Source: Thraustochytrium aureum
Taxonomy: Eukaryota
Reading direction: 5' to 3'
NCBI GenBank assembly: GCA_012862495.1
Contig: BLSG01000322.1
Coordinates: 91,812 to 136,823 of the forward strand
DNA: 45,012 nucleotides
The position numbers were made by a program, and so were the translations under genes. This document shows positions 1 through 10,846 of this stretch, piece by piece. The notes under the pieces were generated by a model. The model worked only from the letters and a program-made list of their open reading frames with translations, was not told where the DNA came from and made no database searches. Within the stretch, counting starts at the first letter, position 1. Each line of letters starts with the position of its first letter.

Positions 1-1118
1 CTCTACATCCAGACAGAGCTGTGCGACAAGAGCCTGCAGGATATGATTCGCGCACGTCAATACCCTGGCGGGCTCGAGCTCGTCGCCAGGGACATGGCCC
101 GCCAGGTGCTCGAGGGCCTTGCGCGCCTTCACAGGCACAACCTGGTGCACCTCGATATCAAGCCTGCCAACGTTTTCGTAAAGAACGGCACGTTCAAGAT
201 TGGCGACCTCGGCCATGCCTGCCTTGCCCGCATGCAAGGACAGCTGGGGGACAGAGTCGAGGCCGTGTCGCCTGAGCGGCAGTTTCCGAAGAAGTTGGTT
301 TCTGCGTCTTCGTGCAAAGGTGCCGCTGGTGGAGCCGGCCTTCTTGACGTTTCTGCAGTCAGCCCGGTTCGCCATGCAGTCCCCCCTGCTTTGCCTCGGC
401 CAAGGAGGAGCTCCCAACGCCCCCGCCGATGGGCTTCCCGCAAGGGCTGTCGCCTATGGGAAGCCCCCGGTTCTGGGGCGCATCCTAGAGAGGGATAATG
501 TTTTCGATACCAGCCTGGGAGGGCTGACCCCGGTCAAACCTGAGCGGTCACCGGCACCGCGCGTACGCGCGTCTTTCGGCGTCGGCGACCTGGAGGAGGA
601 GCTGGCGTTCCTAGAGGGCCAATCGCGACTCCGGCAGACTACTTCAGCTGCCGCAGTCGGCGATGTCGAGGAGGGCGATTCGAGGTACATGGCACCGGAG
701 ATCTTGGGTGAGGAGTACGAGTGGCTCCCCAAAGGCGACATTTTTCGCTTGGGGCGTCGATGTATGAGATGTGCCTGGGGCGCGAGCTCCCGGCCAACGG
801 TCCGGAGTGGCACGAGATTCGCGACGGCAAACTCGACTCCGAGGCGCTGGCACGCTACTCGCCCGCGCTGCGCGAACTCGTTCGTTGATGCTGACGCGAG
901 ACCCTGAGCGCCGCCCGAGCGCAGAGACCTTGCTGGCCACTGGCGGGCCCGGAGGCGTGCTTCGCACAGAGTGGGAAACCAAGCTTGCGCGCGAAAAGGC
1001 GGCGGCAGATGAGTATCGCCGCCGGCTCGCGCGCATGAACCCCACTGGGCCAAGCCGCCTCCGAGACGATTTCGAGCTGGACGACCGCTTTCAAATCCGC
1101 CGCAGCAACACGATGTGA
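1..1118 (+). CDS. WEE1: Wee1/Myt1-family protein kinase, C-terminal part (5'-truncated by the window; about 3 frameshifts)
   Basis: Frame 1 from base 1 reads LYIQTELCDKSL...LVHLDIKPANVF...FKIGDLGHA. Frame 2 gives VEEGDSRYMAPEIL...PKGDIF (the EGD.RY Wee1 signature). After a T-run slip at ~745 it reads SLGASMYEMCLGRELPANGPEWHEIRDGKL, and after ~887 MLTRDPERRPSAETLL...RRSNTM, stop TGA at 1116-1118. Confidence 0.88.
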
Positions 1119-1488
1119 AAATGGGCAAGCGTTTGATCTTTTGCTCTCGAGCCTGTCCTTGCTGTTTTCGCGGGATTAGCACGCGAGCGCTCGCACGCGG
1201 TCCTGCGGCGCGCCAAGGCAAAGGCTGTCCCATTGTCACAGGTGCTTGCTCGGCAGCAGATACGTCCCAAGGAGGAGGAGGAGTAGCGCGTTTTCTTTTG
1301 TGTTGTTGGTTATTCATGTACGGTGTTCTAGCTTGCTTCTGCGGCGATTCTGGGCAACCCTTTGCTTGAATTTGCGCGCATGGTTTTCACTGGCTGACAG
1401 TGAACAAACGTTTTCATGTCAGAACTAACGTTTCATTTCCGTTTCGCTGGCAAGGCGGACTTGCAGCGAGCCTTGCTCGGCTGGCTCT

Positions 1489-2293
1489 TCACAACTTTGG
1501 CGAGGAGCCGCTTCGAGTGCTCGACTCTTCATTCTCAGACTTTGCGTGCTTGGCTCCCTGTGCTCGCAGTTCTTCCTTGGAAAGGAACCGCCCGCCGGCC
1601 CCGCGCTGCCGTTTCACAGCATGTTTGTGCCGCGACTCGTGTAGGAAGGGCTTATTTTCGGCTTAACCATCTGCAGGAGCCGAGCGCGGACAAGTCGGCG
1701 CTTCTTGATTCGTTCGTACTGTTTGGGGTTGACGCGGACAACTTGCTCAGGCATCTGAGACGCAGCGCGTCGTGGCGTATCGATTTCGCCAGCTGTTGGC
1801 GTATCTGAGCCAGCATTGGCCTCGTTGGACTTGAGCGAGGCCAGGTGCCGCTGCTACTCGTTCCGTGCGGTGGCGTCAGCACGGTATCGTCCACGCCAGC
1901 GAGTCAAAGCTGCTCTGCACGCGGTCGATCACTTACCAGAAGCGCCATGCACAACACGACGACGTCCTTCGGCGCATTCTGCGTCACTTCCCGTCCAGCG
2001 GCACCTTGTTCAATCTCGTCCGGGCCGCCTTTCTCGCCCGGCGCGCCCGCGGAGGTGGAAGCGGGCTCTGTGGTGGTGTTTCGTTTGGACTGTCGCGAGG
2101 TCATTGCTGTGGCGCGTCGTCCAGGCCCATCCCACCTCGGCCTATTCTCGCACCTCTCACGGGCCCCTGGCTGGCCGAGTGTGTATCCTCCCCAAAGGTC
2201 CAGCACGTTGGCGTCTTGCCGGTTCGCTCGCGGGTCGAACGCGTTCGGTGTCTGAGCTTTGTCGCGCTGGTAGGCCACTCCAATAGAGGCCAT
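1489..2293 (-). CDS. NFYA: Nuclear transcription factor Y subunit A (NF-YA/HAP2/CBF-B); 2 exons (2293-1937, 1853-1489) plus a 1-nt frameshift at the A-run 1655-1658
   Basis: Manual minus-strand translation gives VRVNPKQYERIKKRRLVRARL (subunit-association helix) and NKPFLHESRHKHAVKRQRGAGGRFLSK (CCAAT-binding helix with GxGGRF), with stop TGA at 1491-1489. The start ATG at 2293 (MASIGVAY) is inferred from in-frame splicing. Confidence 0.9.
1854..1936 (-). other. 83-nt phase-0 spliceosomal intron of the NF-YA gene
   Basis: Donor CTG|GTAAGT at 1936, branch-like GCTGAC, acceptor TAG|CAG at 1854. Removing it joins ...CMALL to QRHLASLK... in frame and deletes the in-frame stops. Confidence 0.75.
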
Positions 2294-4085
2294 CACGACC
2301 CGCGTTGGAAGTGATTCGAGTTGCAGAAAAACCAGCCCTTCGGAGCGAGCACAAGTCCTTACCGCCGCCGCTGGCTGCTGTTTGATGTGGAGCTGCTCCG
2401 TGAGCTTGTTGCAGACCACTCGAGCCGGGACGTGAAAGTGGGGGCCGGCCGCTGAGACTGGCTGGTTGGTCGGTGTCTGCTTGGTTGGGGGACTGAAGAG
2501 GTTGTTTTATTGTTTTTTGGAAAGAAAACCAACCCGCCTGTCTGTTGCGTGCTGAGCTTGAGATGACCGAGGCTGAAGAATAGTGAGTCGTGACACTCAC
2601 ACCATCTCGCACGCCTATGTAGTAGGCCTACTGTTACTGCAGTGCGATTCGTCTCATCAGGGCAGAGCACGCAGGTTGTCTCCATGCCAGTGACGCCGTT
2701 GTGGCCAACAGAGCATCCGCTGCACTATGTAGAGTCACCAAAGCGCATGCGGTGGGAGACTCCGAGAGGCGAACGCCATTGCAGCACCTCTGGTGTAAGT
2801 TCGCAGCGCATCAAGCGTCTGGCAGGCTTGCTGCTCTCCTGGCCTGACTGGGGTCAGATCTCCGCCCCAGCCGCAGCGCTACGAGAGGGCTGTTGCGCAT
2901 GTCCAGTCGAACGAGTCACCTGCCCGTTTCCTCCGACTGGCATCCAGCTTGGCCTGCTCATTTGGACTGGCTCCGCGCGGATAAGTCGACCGGCGTTTTT
3001 TCCGAATGGAATCGTCCCTTCCAGCAACGTTCTGATTCGCCAGACGCAAGTCTTCTGGCCAATGAGGCAACGAGTTGGGGGCGGACTTAACCCCGGGCCT
3101 TGACTCTTCTGGTCTCCTCGGTTTTCGGAGCGACATGGTGCGAGGGAGATGTCGATGTCGGTCATTCTCGCACCCTTCGGTCAAGCTAGCGCCTCTGGTT
3201 TTCGATTGGCAGCTCACGGGAACTCGAATACGAAACCTGGGCCAAGGACGATCTGCCTTGCCATGGTGTCGGTGGNNNNNNNNNNNNNNNNNNNNNNNNN
3301 NNNNNNNNNNNNNNNNNNNNNNNNNNNNNNNNNNNNNNNNNNNNNNNNNNNNNNNNNNNNNNNNNNNNNNNNNNNNNNNNNNNNNNNNNNNNNNNNNNNN
3401 NNNNNNNNNNNNNNNNNNNNNNNNNNNNNNNNNNNNNNNNNNNNNNNNNNNNNNNNNNNNNNNNNNNNNNNNNNNNNNNNNNNNNNNNNNNNNNNNNNNN
3501 NNNNNNNNNNNNNNNNNNNNNNNNNNNNNNNNNNNNNNNNNNNNNNNNNNNNNNNNNNNNNNNNNNNNNNNNNNNNNNNNNNNNNNNNNNNNNNNNNNNN
3601 NNNNNNNNNNNNNNNNNNNNNNNNNNNNNNNNNNNNNNNNNNNNNNNNNNNNNNNNNNNNNNNNNNNNNNNNNNNNNNNNNNNNNNNNNNNNNNNNNNNN
3701 NNNNNNNNNNNNNNNNNNNNNNNNNNNNNNNNNNNNNNNNNNNNNNNNNNNNNNNNNNNNNNNNNNNNNNNNNNNNNNNNNNNNNNNNNNNNNNNNNNNN
3801 NNNNNNNNNNNNNNNNNNNNNNNNNNNNNNNNNNNNNNNNNNNNNNNNNNNNNNNNNNNNNNNNNNNNNNNNNNNNNNNNNNNNNNNNNNNNNNNNNNNN
3901 NNNNNNNNNNNNNNNNNNNNNNNNNNNNNNNNNNNNNNNNNNNNNNNNNNNNNNNNNNNNNNNNNNNNNNNNNNNNNNNNNNNNNNNNNNNNNNNNNNNN
4001 NNNNNNNNNNNNNNNNNNNNGGGATGGCACTCCGACATGCTCACGTGCTTGTTGTGTTCTTCTTGCATCTTCCGCAAAAAACATT

Positions 4086-5867
4086 TCACAGGCGGGAGGC
4101 GCTAGCAGGCGAGGCCGAGCCTACCTTCGGCAGATGCGACGCTTGGAGAGGCGGCGCGAGTCCAGATTCCGTTGGCTTTGCAGCGACGAGGTACTGGCGC
4201 AGGAAGGACAGCGTTTCCGCTGTGAAAACATCGTTGCGATCGCCTACAACCATGTGAGTCGCGTTCTCAACGTCCACGAAACGAGCATTCGGCATTCCTC
4301 CACAAAGGANAGGGCAGCCTGCGGGCTGACGAGGTCAGTCTGGCGGCCCCTGACAAGCAGACACGGCGCTTGTGTGTCCGCCGCGTTGGCATACAGGTTG
4401 GTCTCGGTCTCTTCCAGCTGCGATTGGCTCGGCAGGTGCTCGGTCAAGAACTGGGGGTCCCAGTGCCAAACCCACATGCCCTGCTCGTTCTTGCGCAAAT
4501 TTTTTCGAAGCCCGTCGAGGGAGCTCTGGCTTGCGGGACCAGGAGCCGCTGCGTCGAGGGGTGCGCCGCCAGCCTTGTACGCGGCAACCGCCTCAGCGGC
4601 CTCTTGAAGAGTGCGAAACCCTGACTTGGAGGTCGCCTTCATCCAACCGACGATCCTCTCTACGCCGCTGAGTTCCATGCGCGGCGAAATGTCGACGAGA
4701 ACCAGAGCCCGAGCAGTCCGCCGCGCGTGCTGACTCGAAAGCAGCGCGAGCCCCCCCAGCGAGGCGCCTACTAGGGCAAACCCGGCAGGGTGGTCGGCGA
4801 GTCGCATCGCGAGAACAAGGGCATCGAGGTCGACACCGAAATGGGACCAGCCGTACCGCTCATACTCGGTCAGGCCTTTACGCGAGTCCCAGTAGCTTTC
4901 GCCGTGCCCTTTCATGTCAACCGTGACAGCGCAAAACCCCTCGCGAGCGAGAGACGTGGCCGTCGCCGCCCATGAGTGGCGAGTCTGCCCCCCTCCGTGC
5001 AAGAGGACGACGATCGGGCAGGTCGCGTACCCGTACACGTCGGCGACGAGGACACCACCGTCTGCCCCAACCGGGTATCTGAGTGTAACCGGTGAGCTGG
5101 CAAATGTTCCAGGATCTGGTACGAGCTCGGACGGCGCAAAGCCAAGCGCCTCTGCGAGGCTTTGGAGGGCTTGGCGAGTCTTGCCGATCTCCACCTTGAT
5201 GGTCCGCCAGCCGAGGCTCCTGGCCGCGCGGAGGTTCAGGCCGATGTCGTCGAGAAAGACGACTTGGTCGGCCTGCACCCCAAGCCGGTCGCAAGTCAGC
5301 TGGTACAGGCGCGGGTCTGGCTTTCGAAGGCCAACGATCGAGCTCTCAATGATGTCATCGAAAAAGGCCCGAAGTAGGTTGGTGGAGCTCGAGTCCTTGG
5401 GGCCAGCCGCTGCGCCGTCGTCTGTGAGTTGCCAGTTGTTGGTCAGCGCAGCTACTTTGAGCCCGCGCCCTCGCAGAACAAACAGAGCGTGGCACATGTC
5501 GCCAGAAATCGCTGCCGCCTTCTCCATCATGCACCGGAAAAGCTCGACGGTATCAATGTCGATCGACTTGGGAAGATTGGAGGGAACCGCGCGGCCCTTC
5601 TTTTGCAGATAGCGCACATACGCCGGGATGTTGCTTTCTGCGCCGAGCTCGCTGCGAAACTCGGCGTAAAAGTCCTTCATGCCGAGCTCGCCTCGCTCCA
5701 GCCGCTGAAACGCCCCTTGGCGGCCTTTGGCCACGATCGAGACGTTGACAAAGCCAAGCGGCACGCCATGCGCCTTCTCGTACTCCGCGATGCCTTCTAG
5801 CGGGCTTCCGAGCACGACGCCCGCCCAAGTCGAAGACCACGGCGCGCACAGGAGCGTTTGTCGCCAT
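4086..5867 (-). CDS. Fusion: N-terminal HAD-like phosphatase (ACAD10/sEH N-domain type) + C-terminal alpha/beta hydrolase (BpoB-like); frameshifts at ~5820 and ~4295
   Basis: HAD motifs: MATNAPVRAVVFDLGG/VVLGSP, ALTNNW, GLRKPDP, VFLDDIGLNL. Hydrolase motifs: LLHGGGQTRHSW, DMKGHGES, VGASLGG, WVWHWDPQF, VRGRQTDLVS, and HMVVGDRNDVF in the shifted frame 4295-4086. Confidence 0.85.
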
Positions 5868-7252
5868 TCCGCCCGTTTCGCCGTGCCAGACCTCGGCTCA
5901 CTCGCAACCGCACCGCGCTGCGCACGGCGACAACCGTACCAGCAAGAGCCTTGCCCTGAGCTCGTCGACGTCTCGGCGATCGCTGTCCTCGCGGCCCGGT
6001 GCGCAAACCAGCTTTGCCGAGCAAGCGGCATCGCGCCCGATCAGTCCGCTCCAAGTGTCGCTTCAAGCCTCTTGATCAAGGAAAANNNNNNNNNNNNNNN
6101 NNNNNNNNNNNNNNNNNNNNNNNNNNNNNNNNNNNNNNNNNNNNNNNNNNNNNNNNNNNNNNNNNNNNNNNNNNNNNNNNNNNNNNNNNNNNNNNNNNNN
6201 NNNNNNNNNNNNNNNNNNNNNNNNNNNNNNNNNNNNNNNNNNNNNNNNNNNNNNNNNNNNNNNNNNNNNNNNNNNNNNNNNNNNNNNNNNNNNNNNNNNN
6301 NNNNNNNNNNNNNNNNNNNNNNNNNNNNNNNNNNNNNNNNNNNNNNNNNNNNNNNNNNNNNNNNNNNNNNNNNNNNNNNNNNNNNNNNNNNNNNNNNNNN
6401 NNNNNNNNNNNNNNNNNNNNNNNNNNNNNNNNNNNNNNNNNNNNNNNNNNNNNNNNNNNNNNNNNNNNNNNNNNNNNNNNNNNNNNNNNNNNNNNNNNNN
6501 NNNNNNNNNNNNNNNNNNNNNNNNNNNNNNNNNNNNNNNNNNNNNNNNNNNNNNNNNNNNNNNNNNNNNNNNNNNNNNNNNNNNNNNNNNNNNNNNNNNN
6601 NNNNNNNNNNNNNNNNNNNNNNNNNNNNNNNNNNNNNNNNNNNNNNNNNNNNNNNNNNNNNNNNNNNNNNNNNNNNNNNNNNNNNNNNNNNNNNNNNNNN
6701 NNNNNNNNNNNNNNNNNNNNNNNNNNNNNNNNNNNNNNNNNNNNNNNNNNNNNNNNNNNNNNNNNNNNNNNNNNNNNNNNNNNNNNNNNNNNNNNNNNNN
6801 NNNNNNNNNNNNNNNNNNNNNNNNNNNNNNNNNNNNNNCCCCTCCTCGAAGCGAGAGGGCGGATTATCCCGTAGAGGATTAATAGAGGCTCCTGGGACTC
6901 TGTCGCTGGGCGCGCGCGCTAGAGGACAGCAGGAGGGCTCAGCAGAGGGCGAAACGGAGGGCGGCCGCGCGGCAGGCGACTTGTGTGTGCAGCGGCGCGC
7001 AGCGCAGCTCCCACTGACTGACAGACGGTCTCGGGCCTCGAACGCGGCGCGGCGGAAGCGGTCGCGGGGCTGCCTGCGCGAACGGCCCGCCCGCGGGCTC
7101 GGGTCGCGAGGGCGCTCGGTCGTTACTAGGCGGTCGTCGGTTGGTCGGCTGGCTGGCTGGCTCGGCCCTAGCGCCTTGCGCGGGTCCGCGGCGGTCTTGC
7201 AGGCTGGGGGAGCGGCGAGGTCCGGCGACGGGTCGGCGCGTGCGTAAAGGTC

Positions 7253-8713
7253 ATGGAGCACGAAGCGGTCGAGATGGCGCACGGGAATGGGGTCGATGCG
7301 ACGGGCGATCAGCTGACCAACATTATCGACGCCTTCATCAAGGGAAAGCGGCTCGAGGAGGTGAAACTCAAGGAAGTGCGTGCCCACGTCGAAGCGGTCA
7401 CTGGCATCAAGCCTGAAAAGGAGGCAACCGTAAAAGTGATTCAAAGCCTGATGGTCGACGAGGAAGAAGAGGAGGAGGAGGAAGACGACGAGGACGAGGA
7501 TGAGGACGAGTTGGACGAAGGCGACAAGAAGGGCGGCTCGCGGCAGTGCTGGCTCGCCTCGCCGCTGGCCAACCTCCTCGGCGTCGACGAGGCAGCCCGC
7601 GGCGAGGTCACCAAGTATGTCCTGGACTACGTCAAGAAGAACAACCTGCAAGACCCGAATAACGGCCGCGTGTTCCACTGCGACGAGGCCCTACGCGAGG
7701 TGTTCAAGCGGGACCGCGTCGAATTGAGCGCCTTGCCCAGGCTCCTGAGCCAACACCTCAAGCCTAAGCAGCCGCTGATGCACATCGCGGCGGACGCGCA
7801 AGAGAACCTGCTCGACGAGCACGGCAGCGGCCACCACGACGGGGGCGTAGACGAGGACGACGGCCACGGCACGTGGGACTCTGATGGCGAGCACCGCGCG
7901 GACGGCGCCAAGGCCAAGCCCCGCGCCAAGACCGCTGTCAAGCGCAAGGCCACGAAGAAGAAGAGCAAGCGCTCCGAGGCCCGCGGCGGCTTCGGGAAGG
8001 AAATGCTGGCGATCTCCCCGGTCCTCGAAGAGTTCCTCGGCAAGAACGACCTGACGCGGCCCCAAATTGTCAAGGCGATCTGGGACTACATCAAGCTGCA
8101 CAACCTGCAGAACCCGGCCAACCGCCGCGAGATCAAGTGCGACGACGAGCTTTACAAGGTCTTTCGCCGGCCGCTCATCACCATGTTCAGCCTCAACAAG
8201 TACCTGACCGTGCACATCAAGACCAAGGCGCAAGTGCAGTCCGGCGAGCCCTTCCACCTCGACAAGCTCGATCTCGACGACGCTGCGTTTGACGCGCAGC
8301 GCGGGCCAGAGTCAAAGTCCAAGAAGCGAAAGCGCGAAGCCAAGCTCACTGCGGACCAGCCCAAAAAGAAGCGCGGCGGGTTCAAGGCGACCCTCCCTAT
8401 CTCCGGCGAGCTCAGCGCCTTCATGGGTGGAGCCCTGGAAGCCACGCGCGGCGAGGTGGTCAAGCACCTCTGGCAGCACATTCGCGCGCACGATTTGCAA
8501 AACCCGGAGAACCGGCAGGAGATCATCTGCGACGAGACGCTCCGGAGCCTGCTCAACCAGGACAAGGTGACGCAGTTTTCCATCAACAAGCACATCCAGC
8601 CGCACTTTCTCAAGCGCGAGGCCGAGTTCAAGGGTCATGGGGGCTCGGAAATGGATGACGACGGCTCTTTGGCGTTTCAGCCGCCGCCGCCGCCGCTTTC
8701 GGACCATGTCTGA
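7253..8713 (+). CDS. DEK-C-like + acidic tract + three SWIB/MDM2 domains (UAF30/Spp27/Tri1-like chromatin protein)
   Basis: Intact 486-aa ORF with three SWIB signatures: RGEVTKYVLDYVKKNNLQDPNNGR.FHCDEAL, RPQIVKAIWDYIKLHNLQNPANRREIKCDDEL and RGEVVKHLWQHIRAHDLQNPENRQEIICDETL. Confidence 0.9.
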   Translation: MEHEAVEMAHGNGVDATGDQLTNIIDAFIKGKRLEEVKLKEVRAHVEAVTGIKPEKEATVKVIQSLMVDEEEEEEEEDDEDEDEDELDEGDKKGGSRQCWLASPLANLLGVDEAARGEVTKYVLDYVKKNNLQDPNNGRVFHCDEALREVFKRDRVELSALPRLLSQHLKPKQPLMHIAADAQENLLDEHGSGHHDGGVDEDDGHGTWDSDGEHRADGAKAKPRAKTAVKRKATKKKSKRSEARGGFGKEMLAISPVLEEFLGKNDLTRPQIVKAIWDYIKLHNLQNPANRREIKCDDELYKVFRRPLITMFSLNKYLTVHIKTKAQVQSGEPFHLDKLDLDDAAFDAQRGPESKSKKRKREAKLTADQPKKKRGGFKATLPISGELSAFMGGALEATRGEVVKHLWQHIRAHDLQNPENRQEIICDETLRSLLNQDKVTQFSINKHIQPHFLKREAEFKGHGGSEMDDDGSLAFQPPPPPLSDHV

Positions 8714-9318
8714 GCTTTGCCGCGGGCAAGCTGCGCGTCGCACATGCAGCAACTTGTGCGGCGCCACCGCCTTGTCGAGTCCTTGTCTAGCCGCCGCGTG
8801 CTGCAGAGGTGAATGCGTGTGCGATCGATGGATCTTGCGGCACGGCGTTCGCGCCACAACAACGTTACTTTCTTCTTCGACTTGCAATCTTTCCCCCCAC
8901 TCNNNNNNNNNNNNNNNNNNNNNNNNNNNNNNNNNNNNNNNNNNNNNNNNNNNNNNNNNNNNNNNNNNNNNNNNNNNNNNNNNNNNNNNNNNNNNNNNNN
9001 NNNNNNNNNNNNNNNNNNNNNNNNNNNNNNNNNNNNNNNNNNNNNNNNNNNNNNNNNNNNNNNNNNNNNNNNNNNNNNNNNNNNNNNNNNNNNNNNNNNN
9101 NNNNNNNNNNNNNNNNNNNNNNNNNNNNNNNNNNNNNNNNNNNNNNNNNNNNNNNNNNNNNNNNNNNNNNNNNNNNNNNNNNNNNNNNNNNNNNNNNNNN
9201 NNNNNNNNNNNNNNNNNNNNNNNNNNNNNNNNNNNNNNNNNNNNNNNNNNNNNNNNNNNNNNNNNNNNNNNNNNNNNNNNNNNNNNNNNNNNNNNNNNNN
9301 NNNNNNNNNNNNNNNNNN

Positions 9319-9605
9319 GCGCTACAACTGCTGCGTGTGCTGGTCCTGCTGGTATGCTGCTGGTGTGCTGCTGCCGCTGCTGGTATGCTACTCGAACTGC
9401 TGCTGCTACCGCCGCTACTCCGTCGCTGGGACGTTACTGGCCCGTGCTGGTGCTGGTAGCTCTAGAGCTGCTCGTTGGCAGGTGCTGGCGTTCGCGCGGG
9501 CGCTAGTGGCGGTGGCGGCACTGGCGCTCGTGGCGGCGCTGGTGCTGGTGGCGGCGCTGGTGCTGGTTCGTGGAGTGGGGAGTGGTCGCGGAGTGGGGAG
9601 TGGTG
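9319..9605. repeat. Low-complexity (GCT/GGT)n-rich tract, plus 2x GGAGTGGGGAGTGGT, next to a gap
   Basis: Degenerate tgctgg/tgctgc/gtggcg trinucleotide runs are visible directly in the sequence. Confidence 0.65.
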
Positions 9606-10438
9606 TGCCTGCGCACGTGTCCCCGTCAGCCTTGGAGGTCTGTTTGTGTGAGTGGTCTGCCTGTGTCTGGCCAGGTCGACTCGGCGCAGGAGACCACTTC
9701 AAGTTAGCGCGAGTGGGCAGACGAGCTCGGACGTAGTCGTGCATGTGAGGCAGCGGGACGCGCTGCTCTGCTCGTTTTGAGAGGGACAGATACACAACCC
9801 GTGTTCGCGACAACCAGCTGCTCGCTCGGAGGAGGACGGCTGACAGGCAGGCAGACAGGGCGAGCCGCTCAGCATGAAGCAGCAAGCCGACGGATGAGAG
9901 GGTCCTGCCACGCGTGTGCTCGCTCCGCTGGAAGAGGATGCGAAGGCGCAGCGCGTGGGATCGATCATCGATCCCACAAGAAAGTAGCCTGCTCTAACTC
10001 TTTCCGCGTACTCAGTACTCGGCCTCCCTCCCTCCCGGTTATTGGCGCCCCACTTCGGAAGAATTTGATTTTGATTCCTCTGAATCCGTTGGGCACCCGT
10101 TGTCGTCCCAGACTTGGGACACGCGGTTCGTGCCACGTCTCAGGGGATCTGCTCGTGACGCAGCTGCAACGGATTGGACCTCGTGGGTCGTGACTCGAGC
10201 TGGTGGCTCTCTCGCGAGCTAGCTGGCTGGCTGGCTTTACGACAACCGTGACGCTCATGCGCCGCAGATGGCGCGAGGATGGTGCGAGAAGAACAGGTGG
10301 TAGCACTGGAGTATGGAGGAAAGCTACGAGTAATTGTGTAGGGTTAGGATACGGGGCGCTCGCGCAAGCAGCAGCCGACAGACTCAATCAAACCAGCGAC
10401 GGCAGACGCGAGGCCTGGGCACACTGGCAAGCCTACGA

Positions 10439-10846
10439 CTAGGCCTTGACCAGTGGCTCAGCCAGCGAATCGCGCTGGTCCTCGACGTCGTCGCAGTCCT
10501 CCTCCTCCTCGGTCTCCGTGCGGTCCGACATGACCAGGCCAATGAGCAGGAGGATGCTGAGGAGAATGCAGACCGTCAGGAAGGTGTCCGAATAACGCGT
10601 AAAGGTGACAAGAATGTGAAAGTCCGTGTCGTTGTCGAGGAACTCGTTGGACTCGGGGTCGAAGAGGCCAGCAGGCACGGACTCCTCCGTCTCTACCGTG
10701 TACGTGTCCACGAGCTTGTCGCCCTTGAAGAGCTCGACCGTGGTCTCATAGGTGACGAGAACCTCTTCTGGTGTGGCGCGGGCTTGAGCCGCGCCCAGGA
10801 CGCTGAACAGCGCCGCCACCGCGACCAATGCTTTGCTTCCAATCAT
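10439..10846 (-). CDS. Small predicted type I membrane protein (signal peptide, acidic lumenal segment, one TM helix, acidic tail)
   Basis: Signal-like MIGSKALVAVAALFSVLGAAQA, TM FLTVCILLSILLLIGLVM, tail ETEEEEDCDDVEDQRDSLAEPLVKA. The G/C third-position bias resembles neighbouring genes. Confidence 0.7.
   Translation of the reverse strand: MIGSKALVAVAALFSVLGAAQARATPEEVLVTYETTVELFKGDKLVDTYTVETEESVPAGLFDPESNEFLDNDTDFHILVTFTRYSDTFLTVCILLSILLLIGLVMSDRTETEEEEDCDDVEDQRDSLAEPLVKA

Noticed and set aside
2400..3275. Several 65-150 aa ORFs on both strands upstream of NF-YA
   Set aside because: No recognisable motif and no consistent codon bias. A divergent or frameshifted gene cannot be excluded, but it is unsupported.
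9415..10442. ORFs over and near the Thr/Ser/Ala-like low-complexity tract
   Set aside because: Open because of simple trinucleotide repeats and high GC; no domain evidence.
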